From positions 310,001 to 374,000 of the forward strand of contig JAKMXF010000022.1 of the NCBI GenBank assembly GCA_024704765.1: a DNA stretch of 64,000 nt. The letters are read 5' to 3'. Both the position numbers and the translations under genes were made by a program. Shown here piece by piece: positions 25,090 to 37,208 of this stretch; position 1 is the first letter of the stretch; the number at the start of each line of letters is the position of its first letter. This stretch comes from Oopsacas minuta (Eukaryota > Animalia > Porifera). Below the pieces are notes generated by a model that was given only the letters and a program-made list of their open reading frames with translations, was not told the DNA's origin and made no database searches.

Positions 25090-26478
25090 ATGGCCTCAAT
25101 TTCTATAAAGCAAGAACTTGAAGCGGATACTAGTACGAATTCTGACGAGCTACACGAAATTAAACACAGAGAGATTAATCCCCTCTCAGCCCTCGATGAT
25201 AACCTGGAATTAAGGAGACAAGAAATGCATGATATATTTGCTAACTTTCACAAAATGATTGACATGAAGTTAAAACTCTTATTAGAAGAATTAAGTCACA
25301 CATACAAGAAACAGAAAGAAGATATCCAAGTTAAAATATCTCAAAAAGATCAACTTGAAAAATCTAAAATTCATCTTAGACATGCGAATATAGAATCACT
25401 GGAGCCTACACTCATGCAAATTAACAAAGAGATTGAAAATATCGAAGAGAGTATATTTCAAATGAGAGAGATAAAAATATCTTGGAATATAGACTCATTC
25501 GCTACTGCACTAACAAACATTCTTGTAATTGAAGCTGAAAAGCCATTGAATTCTAGTAAACATGCTTATATACCTAAACCAGCTTCATCTACTGCCTCAA
25601 CTGTGTCTACACCTCCGCTAGCTAACTATTCGTATTCTCACAGTGGAGATGATACTAAAACTATCAGAAACATTACACAAGGTCAAGGAGAGGATCAGAT
25701 ATCAACACCTAATGATATGGTGGTTGATAAGGTCACTGGAAATATTTTCGTAGCTGACAGAGCTAACCACAGAGTTCAAGTTTTCGATTTCTCAGGAGCA
25801 CACCTGTATGAAATGATAGATAGAGATCTCCGTAGTCCTAACCGTCTCTGTATCACAGATAGATATCTATACGTCACTTGTATTATGGAACCACAACGTA
25901 AAGCAAATAAATGTATTTCTTCACATGTTATGAAGTTTGATAAAACCGATCAGGAAGCTGTATCGATCCTCAAATTAGAAGATAAGCTAATTCGTATATG
26001 TTCATTTGACTCTGGTATACTGTGTACTGACTACATGAGTCACTATGTACGTCATTACGATTCTGCATTCAGATTATTGACGGCTAATAAACTGTCTTCT
26101 CCATACTTCACGAACAGTACTAAAGTATACGATATTATCCTAATGGATAAGGAGCTATACGTTCTCTCACAGGGTTCTATGTACCCTATACAGGTCTTTA
26201 ATCCAAGCTGTACTATAATAAGATGTATTACTCTATCTAGCCCACTCGTGGGTGCATATTATTTCTGTCTAGACAAAGGCAAGAGTACAATAGTTATCAG
26301 TGATACAGAAGGTAACATGGTGAAGGTATTCAATAGATTAGGAGAGTGTATTTGTGTGATTGGAGAAGGTGGTGATATTCCCTGTACACTAACTTCTCCT
26401 AGAGGAGTAGACATTGATTCAAATGGTAACATTATTGTGTGTGATACTAGAGAGAGTTTCATTATACAAAGTTTCTAG
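25090..26478 (+). CDS. Coiled-coil plus NHL-repeat beta-propeller protein (TRIM-NHL-like, without RING or B-box), paralog 1
   Basis: N-terminal heptads, then QISTPNDMVVD...NIFVADRANHRVQVFD and LTSPRGVDIDSNGNIIVCDT NHL repeats. Confidence 0.88.
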   Translation: MASISIKQELEADTSTNSDELHEIKHREINPLSALDDNLELRRQEMHDIFANFHKMIDMKLKLLLEELSHTYKKQKEDIQVKISQKDQLEKSKIHLRHANIESLEPTLMQINKEIENIEESIFQMREIKISWNIDSFATALTNILVIEAEKPLNSSKHAYIPKPASSTASTVSTPPLANYSYSHSGDDTKTIRNITQGQGEDQISTPNDMVVDKVTGNIFVADRANHRVQVFDFSGAHLYEMIDRDLRSPNRLCITDRYLYVTCIMEPQRKANKCISSHVMKFDKTDQEAVSILKLEDKLIRICSFDSGILCTDYMSHYVRHYDSAFRLLTANKLSSPYFTNSTKVYDIILMDKELYVLSQGSMYPIQVFNPSCTIIRCITLSSPLVGAYYFCLDKGKSTIVISDTEGNMVKVFNRLGECICVIGEGGDIPCTLTSPRGVDIDSNGNIIVCDTRESFIIQSF

Positions 26479-26967
26479 TAAGTTAAATTATTTCCAAAAT
26501 CTATCATACTTCCATTTTAGTACTTCTATACACTAGGTTTCTCAATTACCGTCCTTTTATGATTTCGTATATGTTTGCACATTGGCAGAGTAAAAGAAAA
26601 GTTATCGTGAGATCATTTTGCACGACATCTCTACAGGACTTGTAAGTTTTGATTGTGTCGTGATTTTGACATTCATTACAAGGCCACGCGGTATTCAAGT
26701 TCATTTACTGCTAATCACACTTTTAGCTATAGTTCTGATTCAGTCACGAGTATTGTTAGATTATATTCTGATTCCATCTTTATTGTACAGGAATATACTT
26801 CATCGCTCACGAGTTACACACGTGATCTGTGGAGCTGTGTACTGAATCTTGCGTGATTTTATGGTGGTACTAAGTCACGAATTTCCATATTTAAACTTAA
26901 ATTCTGAATCCTATTGTATTTATATTGAAATTATTTGGAATAGAAAATCACTTTTCAAAGTTTTCGA

Positions 26968-28284
26968 ATGACTCACAAGTTAATAATCAAGCAGGAAGAT
27001 CCGTTCGAAGTAATCGAATCTAACTTACAGCTTAAAACACACGAAATTCAAGAGGCATTTAATGATTTCCATAAAATACTCGATTCAAAACTGAAATCAA
27101 TCCTTGTAGAGATAAACACCTTATACAACCAGCAACGGGAAAAAGTTGAAGTGAAACACAACCAAATTGAAGAACTTAACAGTTCTAAAACTATGATTAC
27201 TGATCCCAGTCTTAGAAATATTCTGGTACAAATCGATAAACAAATTCTAGAACTTGAGCAAGAAATACACGTCACGAAAGAACCAATAATCAATTGGAAT
27301 ACAAATTTGCTAGAGAATGCTGTCAACAACATTGTTGATATTTACTTTCCTGGCGAGCAGTCGATAGCAAGAACCCTCAGTACGTCATCCTTAGAACTCA
27401 AGCCTACTCCCAGTCAATCTGTTACCAAAACTAATTTCAAGCCTATCGTCCGAGGCTATGAGAATGGTCAGGTACTCTCACCGAGTGGCCTCTGTATTGA
27501 CAGAAATACAGACCAGATATTCATCGCTGACCGCGGAAATGATCGCGTACAAGTTTACAAAAATTCAGGAGAACATATCATGTTTGTCAAAGATAAAGAC
27601 TTAGCCAATCCCAATAGAATAGCTATTGACCGTAAATTCCTATACGTAGCGTGTGCAGTCAATTCATACGTCATTCCACCAAGTAGGAAGATAAATTCGC
27701 ATTTAGCTAAGATTGACAAAGAAGACGGTGAGATTCAGAGTATACTTCCACTGGAAGGTACGATGCTACGTATTTGCACAAACCCTGTATTATCTGCTAG
27801 TACTCGTCTCTTCTGTGCCAGTCTCTCAGACAGCAAACTCGTACAAGGATACGATTCTGCATTCCGGCTAATCTCCTCAACTCTCTTACAGTCTCCTTAT
27901 TACGATCAGTATACTCAGATTTATGACATACGTGTACACGAGCATGAACTATTCGCGCTTTATCACAATTCAAGATATCCTCTTCAAGTGTTCGGAGCTG
28001 ACGGAAAGATTCTCAGATGTGTACAGCTCTCCCATCGCCTAGTAAACGCGGATTTTTTGTGTATCGATTCTTTCAGGAGTTACATAGTGATCAGTGATGG
28101 AGGGTCAAGTCAGGTCAAAGTATTCACATTTAGCGGGGAGTGTATAGCAGTGATAGGGAAGGACGGTGAGATACCTGCTGAATTCGAGAAACCTTGGGGA
28201 GTGGATATGGATCAATACGGCAATATTTTTATATGTGATAACAAGAGCAAATCTGCTGTCCACATGTTTGAGGGTCCTTTTTAG
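26968..28284 (+). CDS. Coiled-coil plus NHL-repeat protein, tandem paralog 2
   Basis: VLSPSGLCID...IFIADRGNDRVQVY and FEKPWGVDMDQYGNIFICDN; collinear with paralog 1 (shared YDSAFRL, SPY, YP[I/L]QVF, IVISD). Confidence 0.88.
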   Translation: MTHKLIIKQEDPFEVIESNLQLKTHEIQEAFNDFHKILDSKLKSILVEINTLYNQQREKVEVKHNQIEELNSSKTMITDPSLRNILVQIDKQILELEQEIHVTKEPIINWNTNLLENAVNNIVDIYFPGEQSIARTLSTSSLELKPTPSQSVTKTNFKPIVRGYENGQVLSPSGLCIDRNTDQIFIADRGNDRVQVYKNSGEHIMFVKDKDLANPNRIAIDRKFLYVACAVNSYVIPPSRKINSHLAKIDKEDGEIQSILPLEGTMLRICTNPVLSASTRLFCASLSDSKLVQGYDSAFRLISSTLLQSPYYDQYTQIYDIRVHEHELFALYHNSRYPLQVFGADGKILRCVQLSHRLVNADFLCIDSFRSYIVISDGGSSQVKVFTFSGECIAVIGKDGEIPAEFEKPWGVDMDQYGNIFICDNKSKSAVHMFEGPF

Positions 28285-28774
28285 CTTCTCTATATACAAG
28301 ACTAGCAATAAGACCAATTACAAATCAAATTAATTCTACACTTTAGTCATGGAGAATTCAGACTGAAAATCACTGTAATCTAGCGCTATTTTAACTTCAC
28401 TTGTGTGTAGTATACACCAGTTAATAATTTACAATATTTCCATTGCGTATTTTGCAATGAAATTCCTTAGCTGATCTGATAGCTTAAAATGTATTGTTAT
28501 TCGAAGGTTTACGCCCATCTCGCTTACTAATGGTATTTTGAGCCATTTGGCCATTGTTGTATGTGTTATTTAAAACTTTTCACCATTGACGACTACGTTC
28601 TAATTTTCTAATCTTATCAAAATTGTATTCAGTGCTATTCATTACAATATTTCTATAGAATGCAAATGGGCACTACTAATAGAAATCAGTAGGCGTGGGA
28701 GTAACTGCGTATATTACGTGGTTATATTAATTATTTTAAGTTACTTTGCAATTGAAAGATGTTACAACTGTCTC

Positions 28775-30682
28775 ATGGCTAAGGTTGGGTTGAATAATTA
28801 CGGACTACGAGCTGTCTTAAATCTGAGTGATCAGATTGAAGAAGAGAGCAACTTTTATGATTCTGAAGCGATCTCACTTCCAAAGAAGAAGGAATGGGTC
28901 CAATCTTATCAGAGAAGAAAGGAGCAACAAAATTGTGGACTCAGTCTTCCAATTAATAAACCCTATAGAGAACTGGGAGTAATTGATGATAGAGAGTTTT
29001 CTATCAGCAATGAGAAAGATAAGAGGAGTGTTCTTTTTCAACAGAAGAATATCAGTAAAGCTAAACCTCCTCTTACCCAGACAAAGGTTAAGTTACGCTC
29101 TATTTCTTCAAACCAAATTCCTCCCAAGATGCTTGATCTCTATGAGGAACTGAAATTAGGTTCCCGTAGAATTATGCTAGTTAAGAGTGGTCAATCTCTC
29201 CCCAAACTTCTACATGATGAAAAAGAAAATTTGGAACAATTGAAGGCAACAGAAGAGGCGCCAGAAGAAGGACAGAAGTGGCACCCTGGTGATGCCATAA
29301 TGGAGCTGGACTCTACCCCGCCCACAGCTAAGGAACAGTGGCGCAAGCAATCCATTGCAATGAATCAGATCCTGAGTCGATCAAACACATCCTCTCATCT
29401 AGACGTTAGTAATGCTAAATCTATACTACTCGAACCTTCTAAATTGCAACATTCTAGAAGTTCTGTAGATAATACCTCAGAAACTTCTCTGTTTCTCTCG
29501 CCTATACAACCTAGCGACAGTTCCTACCTCCCGGTCACTTTTGAGTATCAAAACCAAGTTTCTATTGCAGAGAGCAAAGCTATATCTTTCAAACAAACTA
29601 CTCCAAAGTTTACAGAAGATATGTCTTTGATTTACAAATTCCTTGCTATACTTGAATGGCTTCTAGAATGTACTATGATGCGAGACCCAACTTTTGCTCC
29701 TTCCCTTTACGACTATCTTAAGCTCCCACATCGAAAGCTCTCTTATGAGAAGTGCGTCCTAGCTTCAAAGAATAAACAACGAATAAACAAGTTATGGCTA
29801 CGAACATTAGATGATCCAATAGAGCTCTCATTTGATTCTCGTCCTAACAGTAACACTTCCCTCTCTCCTCCCTCGATCTCTCTAATTCCAAAATCTTCTA
29901 CTCCAAGAGGGAATAGATACAACAAACAATATGCAATTCCAAAGAAAAAGAAAATTGTATCTACTGAAACGAAAAAGTCACAAACTCACAATAATTCTAC
30001 TCCCAGACAGACACGTCTGTATCCAGAGGAACTTGAAGATTTCTTGGAGCTCCTAGAAGCTCCGCCTTCTCAGATACGATCCTCTGGTGCTACATTCAAA
30101 ACAGAACCCATTTGGGTTCCTAATACAATGCACGGACCAGATCTTGATGTTACTGAATATAAAGATACATTTGGAGAAGGATCTCTACAGAAATCTCTTG
30201 TTATTCACGAACAGCTGGCCGCCATGGAGCGAGCTCGTCTCGCATCCTGTGAGCAGAAGTTCGAAGCCCTGAGAGGCACCTGCAAACTTTGGGATGAGAT
30301 ACAAACTATGAGGAATGCAGTGGTAGCAGAAACAGCTGCTTCAGCTAGACGTAAACTTCAAATGAATTATCATTGGTATGAAGATCTAACCGAGATTATA
30401 CCACCTGATACCAGATACGACAGGTATTGTCTGGAGCTATTGGACAATCTTAAACTATTATCTGAGGTCTCCTGTCAGCTTGGACCCTCTGTCATGTCGA
30501 GGTACAGACTTGTGAAGGTGCTGAGTACCCTCACTCCCACTGATCTCGATTATCCAGAAGTTGAGATGGCTCTCACTTTTGTTGTCAACAAGATTATTTA
30601 CATTGCAAGTGAGGACTTTGCCAATTGGAAGACACACCACAGAACAACTTTTGATGTTACAAGAGCGAATAAATGGAAATAA
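28775..30682 (+). CDS. CCDC60-like (DUF4698) coiled-coil protein; ATG taken at 28775
   Basis: Long intronless ORF whose C-terminal LWDEIQ...YHWYEDL...RLVKVLSTLTPTDLDYPEVEMALTFV segment resembles CCDC60. The family assignment is from memory only. Confidence 0.55.
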   Translation: MAKVGLNNYGLRAVLNLSDQIEEESNFYDSEAISLPKKKEWVQSYQRRKEQQNCGLSLPINKPYRELGVIDDREFSISNEKDKRSVLFQQKNISKAKPPLTQTKVKLRSISSNQIPPKMLDLYEELKLGSRRIMLVKSGQSLPKLLHDEKENLEQLKATEEAPEEGQKWHPGDAIMELDSTPPTAKEQWRKQSIAMNQILSRSNTSSHLDVSNAKSILLEPSKLQHSRSSVDNTSETSLFLSPIQPSDSSYLPVTFEYQNQVSIAESKAISFKQTTPKFTEDMSLIYKFLAILEWLLECTMMRDPTFAPSLYDYLKLPHRKLSYEKCVLASKNKQRINKLWLRTLDDPIELSFDSRPNSNTSLSPPSISLIPKSSTPRGNRYNKQYAIPKKKKIVSTETKKSQTHNNSTPRQTRLYPEELEDFLELLEAPPSQIRSSGATFKTEPIWVPNTMHGPDLDVTEYKDTFGEGSLQKSLVIHEQLAAMERARLASCEQKFEALRGTCKLWDEIQTMRNAVVAETAASARRKLQMNYHWYEDLTEIIPPDTRYDRYCLELLDNLKLLSEVSCQLGPSVMSRYRLVKVLSTLTPTDLDYPEVEMALTFVVNKIIYIASEDFANWKTHHRTTFDVTRANKWK

Positions 30683-32149
30683 GATTCCTAGTCATTTCGA
30701 TTTTTTACTAGAATTGTGTACTATTCTGTTCTCCTTGTGACTGCCATATCTATACATTGATTTGTTGAATATTGTATCTCTCAATGAAATATGATTCTTT
30801 CTAATTAAAATTATATAGGTAAAGTTCCCATATTGATTTGCTACGAAAAAAAACTTGGAGTATCATTTGTTAATTCTACGTTGAAGTTCTAGATGATTAA
30901 TTTAGTTAAAGACATTCGCTAACACAACAATATAAAATTCTTTCTAGCACAATTAGCAGCACTACTAAATATAATTTGTTTTATTGAATCAGGATTACTA
31001 TTAATATAATATAGCAATTTTAGAGTTCGATTCATTTCCAAAATTTCACACTATTTACATTTTGCAATTAGAGAATACATTAGAACTAACCATCAACCCA
31101 CTTTATCAGTAGCTACACATTTCGATCCCACTCAACTGATTGGTGTAATATCATACCAGTAACATCTGCATATATTCTATATGATGATTCGATATAGTCT
31201 GGTGTTTTAATTTAGCCTGGTTTTATTTGCAACGTGTTCCCAACATATTATTATCCCATTCTCATGTTTTGGGTACATTAGGAGAATTATACTACAGGTG
31301 TATACGTCAACTTAATAATTCTATGTATATTATAGCACTTATGTGGTAATGTAAATGCTATGATTTGCCTTAATTAGCGTAGGAATACTTGTCTATTAAA
31401 CTAGTCTGTAATTACCAATTTAATTATCTGAGGCTACTTGCGTGAAGATATCTTATCATTCTAACAAAGTATTTCTTGATTTTAAGGACTTCAGGGATCA
31501 TTTGTTATCATAGTAAATTAGTGAAGATTCCAATGAACCGTTGAAAAACATACAAATTTCTTTTTTTCGTAAACACTAGGCTATTCTACTTTAATAGGAA
31601 AGGCGCTTTGTTTGTAATTATGACCTCATGTATAATATTTACTCGATAATGAACGAAACCTATGTAACTCTGGATACAGTAAGACCATTGACAATTAATA
31701 TTCTCTTATTAGTGTCATCCATCTAGTCAAGATTAGTCATTAAATCACGATAATCTTGATTTAATAGACTTCTTTACAGCTCGAGGTGCACCCTGATCTT
31801 TCATAATTAACATTTAAAATATCTACTGAAGCCGCCAAGCTTTATATTAAAAGTAAACAAACAGTTTATGGTATTAATAATTTATTCTAAAACTCAGGTC
31901 CCTCATACTATAGTGTACTTAATGACCACAAACGTTAAGTCGCTGGACAGTACGATTATTGCGTGGAGTTATGTAGCAATTTTAAATTAGCGTTAAAACA
32001 GTAGTTATGTAGATAATATTTGGTTGAGGTTTAATATTGGATGCACAGCCTGTGTGTTGGATGATATCCATCTCAGGTGCTCAGGTGCTTGGTGGATAAC
32101 GATTAACTAGGATAAAATTTAAGAAATTTGTAATTGATTAAGATTTTTA

Positions 32150-33475
32150 ATGGTATCAAAACTTCCTCACAAATTGGTTGTGATTCTTGGCTCCACTGGA
32201 ACTGGTAAAACTGATCTTTCTCTGCGAATTGCACAAAAGTTCAATGGTGAAATTGTCAATGCAGATTCAATGCAAATATATAAAAGTCTTGATATCCTGA
32301 CAAACAAACCTACACAGCTTGAGTTTGATACTTGTAGGCATCATCTTTTCAATGTATTCAATCCAAACGAGCAATGTAACGTGTTTGAATTCCAACGGAT
32401 GGCATTATCTCTTATAGACCAGATTTATTCACGTGGAAATCTGCCTGTACTGGTAGGTGGCACTCACTGCTATATTGATTCTGTTATATTCCATTATTTG
32501 ATTTCTAATAAACAACAAACAACTGAGTCTATGTCAGTTGCCAGCAGCTCTGAATTATTCAAGCTAGACTCAGGAGATCAAAATTTGAATTATCCGCTTT
32601 TGATGGAAATTGATCCTATTTCTGCAACCAGAATTCATCCCAATGATTCTAGAAAAACTATCCGAGCATTGGAAGTATTCTATCAAACAGGAAGAAAGTT
32701 GAGTGAGCACATCTCTGAGCAGAAACAAGAATCTGGAATTGATTCCCCTACAGGACCGCTACGGTTTGAGGATTCATGTGTAATATGGCTAGATTGTGAG
32801 AGAGCAGTTCTCTACAATAGACTAGATAAGAGGGTAGATAAGATGAATGAAAGAGGACTGTTACAGGAAGTTAAAGAATTTTATGTAAACGAATATTTGA
32901 AATCTTCAGAAGAGATGAAATCTAGAGGATTACTGCAATCTATCGGATTTAAGGAATGGTTGCCTTATTTAGAGGAGTGGCATAACGGTAGGGCAATTAG
33001 TAGTGAATTAGAGAGTACATGTATTCAGAAGTTGAAGCAGAGAAGCAGGAATTATGCTCGCAGTCAGTTGGCATGGATTCGTAACAGATATCTAATAAAG
33101 CGAGGGGAGAGAGAAATTTCACGTTTCTATAAACTTGATACTACTGATCTATTAAATTGGGAAGATAATGTTGGTAGACTATCTGATAAAATCGTATCAG
33201 CGTATATGAGAGATGAACTGCCAAAAGATGTGATATCTGTTACACATACACCTGCCACTACAAATAATAAATCATACAATTTCTGTGACAGATGTCAAAT
33301 CGTTTTAATAGGTGACAAGACATTACAATCACATCTCAAATCTCGTAGACATTCTAAGAGAGGAACTAAACTAAAGCGATTACAGAATCTTCTGTTGCAA
33401 CAGCAAATAAAGAAACATTTCGAACCACCTGAAAATCAGGGAGACATTCTCAGTGATGTGAAAAGTTTATTTTGA
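32150..33475 (+). CDS. TRIT1: tRNA dimethylallyltransferase
   Basis: VVILGSTGTGKT P-loop, EIVNADSMQIY, LVGGTHCY, RIHPNDSRK, QSIGFKEW, YARSQ, and a C-terminal C2H2 finger (CDRC...HLKSRRH). Confidence 0.95.
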   Translation: MVSKLPHKLVVILGSTGTGKTDLSLRIAQKFNGEIVNADSMQIYKSLDILTNKPTQLEFDTCRHHLFNVFNPNEQCNVFEFQRMALSLIDQIYSRGNLPVLVGGTHCYIDSVIFHYLISNKQQTTESMSVASSSELFKLDSGDQNLNYPLLMEIDPISATRIHPNDSRKTIRALEVFYQTGRKLSEHISEQKQESGIDSPTGPLRFEDSCVIWLDCERAVLYNRLDKRVDKMNERGLLQEVKEFYVNEYLKSSEEMKSRGLLQSIGFKEWLPYLEEWHNGRAISSELESTCIQKLKQRSRNYARSQLAWIRNRYLIKRGEREISRFYKLDTTDLLNWEDNVGRLSDKIVSAYMRDELPKDVISVTHTPATTNNKSYNFCDRCQIVLIGDKTLQSHLKSRRHSKRGTKLKRLQNLLLQQQIKKHFEPPENQGDILSDVKSLF

Positions 33476-34030
33476 ATTATATTTGATCTGTTTCCATCAA
33501 ATTCAATCTTCTAATGCAATTAATAATTGGTCTTAAAAGGAAGCAATGTATAATTTTATTGTGAATTCCACGTGTTTTACGTAACAGCTTGTGCACAATA
33601 GATGTATGTTGTACATGAGTGCTCCATTGGTTTCTCTTGATGAATATTTACTAGCTATACAAGTACATCTTGTCTATGCTAACCACTGCACTAGTTCTCA
33701 AAATTTCTACTATATAAAGGACTTATAGTAGTTCAGTGGAAGATCTTGTAAACTATAATTATGTGTCAATTATAAGCTACATTATCGATCAATAAATAAT
33801 AGAATCTTTATTAATTTTACGAATAGATTAAGTCATTTCCATAGCTTTTATACGTAGCTAGCTGTAGGCTTATTTTGTCTGAACTAACCTAATTAGTTTT
33901 CCAAATCGCGTATTTATAGAATTTAATTATATCATCTTTTATGGAGAATCATTGTCAGTCAATTTTTTAGAACTTCTTAATTCTTGCATTTATATTTATG
34001 TGTTAAAAGCTTAAGTTTCTGATATTTAGA

Positions 34031-34387
34031 ATGGGAAGACTTGAGAAGTTTCAAGACTATCTTACTGACCAATGTCACAGACGCTACTGTTGCGCGCACT
34101 GCAGAGCACACCTCGCTAACCATGATGACCTTATTTCTAAGTCCTTTCAAGGCAGTCAAGGTAAAGCGTACCTATTCAACGAAGTTTGTAATATCACAAT
34201 TGGCGATCCCGAAGAAAGATTGTTGCTTACGGGACTACACTCGATTGCAGATATAATTTGTATTTCCTGCAATCGAGTGCTGGGATGGAAATATGAAACA
34301 GCATACGAAACAAGCCAGAAATATAAAGAAGGTAAATTTATCATAGAACTCGTTCACATGATCAAAGAGAATAGATGGAATAAATAA
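34031..34387 (+). CDS. YPEL: Yippee-like protein (YPEL1-4 type)
   Basis: [31 protein letters not shown]...LLTGLH...CISC...LGWKYE...[12 protein letters not shown]. Confidence 0.96.
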   Translation: MGRLEKFQDYLTDQCHRRYCCAHCRAHLANHDDLISKSFQGSQGKAYLFNEVCNITIGDPEERLLLTGLHSIADIICISCNRVLGWKYETAYETSQKYKEGKFIIELVHMIKENRWNK

Positions 34388-35289
34388 TTTTTCACTTCTC
34401 TTATTCTCATGGCAACATTCATCTTTCAATCTCTCCACCGGTTTTGTTCGCGTTTCAGCTTTGTAACGAATATAATATTTTAACATACGTACGTAATTAA
34501 ACTTCTCCGATATTGATCATGCTCATCACATCTGTACAAAGTTTCATAAATCTCTCACCCTTGCAAATCAGTTATTTTTGTGAAGCGTCATGCTATTTGT
34601 ATGTTTTGTGTTTGAACCCTTGCTTTTGAAAAGTGATATTGTTCTTATTCTCATTCCTCTTAATAATTTTACATCTGTTTCTCTTATGTTTTGCATTCTA
34701 ATATGTTCATTTCTCATTTATTTTATTTCACTGATTTCCCTTCATGATACTATCAAAGAGATATATTCTGAACTTGCATTGATGTTCCTCGTACTTCTTT
34801 GTAAATGACCGATTGATTGATTGATTGTTAATCTAACAACGTAAATATTATAAATATCCTGCTATAGTCATTTTGTATTCACAAATAACTTACCAATGCA
34901 AATATTTACCCAATGGCACTGACACATGTTTGCTTCAACTCACGACCTTCCGAAACCTTTTAATTTAGAGAGGAAATGGCTCTTGCTAGCAAAGTTTAAC
35001 CGTTCTAAGGAATAAATTGATTTATTCCATTCCTTATTGTATCAAGTAGAATCTTTGTTAAAAATCTTCTCACTTTATACTTAGGTTTTAGTGTGTATTC
35101 TCAATCGTTCTCATCATCACTCAGGAAAAACTTGCTAAGCTCTTTTGAATGCATTTAATTGTGTTGAATTACGTTAATTATACTACTTTTGTGCTAGATC
35201 ACACAGTATACTAATCCTTTGAAATATCGATAAATAATAGCTACGTATATAAATAAAGAGAATATAGTAGTATATTTCTATTACTGCAT

Positions 35290-36795
35290 TTAATGATTAT
35301 ATTTCCCAATAGGGGGTGGGCGAATACATTTGCTATCATCTAACAGTACTGTTTTGTTCGGATTAAGAATACCATTTGGATCAAATCTTCTCTTCAATTG
35401 TCTCATTATTTCTACACTCTCTTTCTGCTTTGAGAAGTATATATATTTTGCTTTATCAAATCCCATTCCGTGTTCAGCACTTATACTGCCTCCTCGACTC
35501 GCTGTCCACTCAAACACGAATGGTTCTATTGTGTCTTTCAATTCTTGAGTGTAGTGTGTGTTATACACATTCAGATGCAGGTTCGAATCCCCTAGGTGTC
35601 CGTAGGATACTGTGTAGGATGCCAGACCTTTGCATCGCTTCCTCGTCTCCTGTACTAACTCATATAGACAGTTTAGAGGGAGGGATAAGTCATATTTGTA
35701 GATCCAACCAACTCGTACTCCTGCTTCTACTTGCCGCTCCCTCAGACCCCAGATGTACGCAGCCTTGCTTGAATCCTCTGCTACTGTGCCATCTGTAACC
35801 AATGCCTTACCATATACTTCCTCTAGATATTCGTCTAGTTTCTGTCTGTCATGCTCCTGATTAGAACCAGAAGTCTCAATAAAGAAGAAGAATGGAGCGA
35901 GGCTAATAGGACATTTTAAATCTAGGTGTTGATTTACAACTAACATAGCCTCGTAGTCGATGAATTCTAGAGCAGACACAATCTCGCCGAGTCGCGATTT
36001 CGCGAGGGAAAGAGCCTGTAAGAGATCTTCATAAGTGTGACAGGAGAACATTGCCACGTTCTTGTATGCTGGCTTTATAGGAGCTAATAATGCAATCTTA
36101 GTTATTACCCCTAGAGTACCTTCTGATCCGATAAACAGCTGTTTTATGTCATATCCGGTGTTGTCTTTACGCAGTGATGACATGCAATCTATAATTGTAC
36201 CATCAGCAAGTACAGCCTCTATTCCTAGTACATTCCCACGGAGGGATCCGTATCTTAGCAACCGTAGTCCTCCTGCGTTAGTTGACACATTTCCACCTAT
36301 CTGACAGGATCCCTTAGCCCCTAAATCAAGTGGAACACAGTGACCAAACTTCTCTAGGTATCTATCCAGATTTTCTAACACACACCCAGCTTCGCATGTC
36401 AACACTCCTAAGCTTGGTTCAAATTCAATGACTTTATTCATTTTTGAGAGAGATAGGATTATTTCGTTTGAATCCATTGGTACGCCTCCCCCAACGAGTC
36501 CTGTGTTACCTCCTTGGGGTACAACTGCTATTCTCTCTTGATTGCAGTAAGATAGAATTTGAGAAACTTTCTGAGTGGAATTCGGTTTGAGAACAAGTTT
36601 ACTTTTCGCATTACATCTCCTCATCCAGTCAGTATTATACGTCTCTAGGTCATCTGTATTTGTTATAATACTCCCCTCTACTATTTTGCTCAGTATTTCC
36701 ACGTCATTATCTGTCAATCTTTTATATGATAATGTAGATAATTGAGAGAATCGAGTTTGTGTAACGAACAATTTGGTTATACCTCTAAAAGCCAT
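35290..36795 (-). CDS. D2HGDH: D-2-hydroxyglutarate dehydrogenase, mitochondrial; ATG at 36795
   Basis: YNTDWMR, VVPQGGNTGLVGG, PLDLGAKGSCQIGGNVSTNAGGLRLLRYGSL, RKDNTGYD, YKYDLSL, YGHLGDSNLHLN, GSISAEHG. Confidence 0.96.
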   Translation of the reverse strand: MAFRGITKLFVTQTRFSQLSTLSYKRLTDNDVEILSKIVEGSIITNTDDLETYNTDWMRRCNAKSKLVLKPNSTQKVSQILSYCNQERIAVVPQGGNTGLVGGGVPMDSNEIILSLSKMNKVIEFEPSLGVLTCEAGCVLENLDRYLEKFGHCVPLDLGAKGSCQIGGNVSTNAGGLRLLRYGSLRGNVLGIEAVLADGTIIDCMSSLRKDNTGYDIKQLFIGSEGTLGVITKIALLAPIKPAYKNVAMFSCHTYEDLLQALSLAKSRLGEIVSALEFIDYEAMLVVNQHLDLKCPISLAPFFFFIETSGSNQEHDRQKLDEYLEEVYGKALVTDGTVAEDSSKAAYIWGLRERQVEAGVRVGWIYKYDLSLPLNCLYELVQETRKRCKGLASYTVSYGHLGDSNLHLNVYNTHYTQELKDTIEPFVFEWTASRGGSISAEHGMGFDKAKYIYFSKQKESVEIMRQLKRRFDPNGILNPNKTVLLDDSKCIRPPPIGKYNH

Positions 36796-37208
36796 GTTTA
36801 TATCTCCTACTGCTTTTGGTACAATTGTATTAGTTCGATTCTCAAATATCCATATTATGGTGTTATAACTAAATAGAGGATTATTTTCCTTTTTATGAAA
36901 TATACAAGACTGGATTCTTATTTTTACTATGATTCGGCAGCATGTATAGCCGTATTTTAGTAAGCCATGACTCCCGTTATATCGCAGCTCAACTGCTCCA
37001 GGGACCTGCAATAATTACTTCGATATACGCAGATATAATCGATGAAATATGTTACTTTGACGGTTTCGGAATTCGGATCATGTTTGTACAATTAGATTTT
37101 GATAAATGCAGACATTTGGATGTTTTCTTGTTCGATATAATGGAAGGGTTGACTGTATTTACTTTGTTGTACTTACAAACTAATTTTACTGTAGATAACA
37201 ACCTCTAA

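Noticed and set aside
35578-35595. GGTTCGAATCC, a tRNA T-loop/B-box-like motif
   Set aside because: It lies inside the D2HGDH CDS on the opposite strand, and no cloverleaf or A-box can be built.
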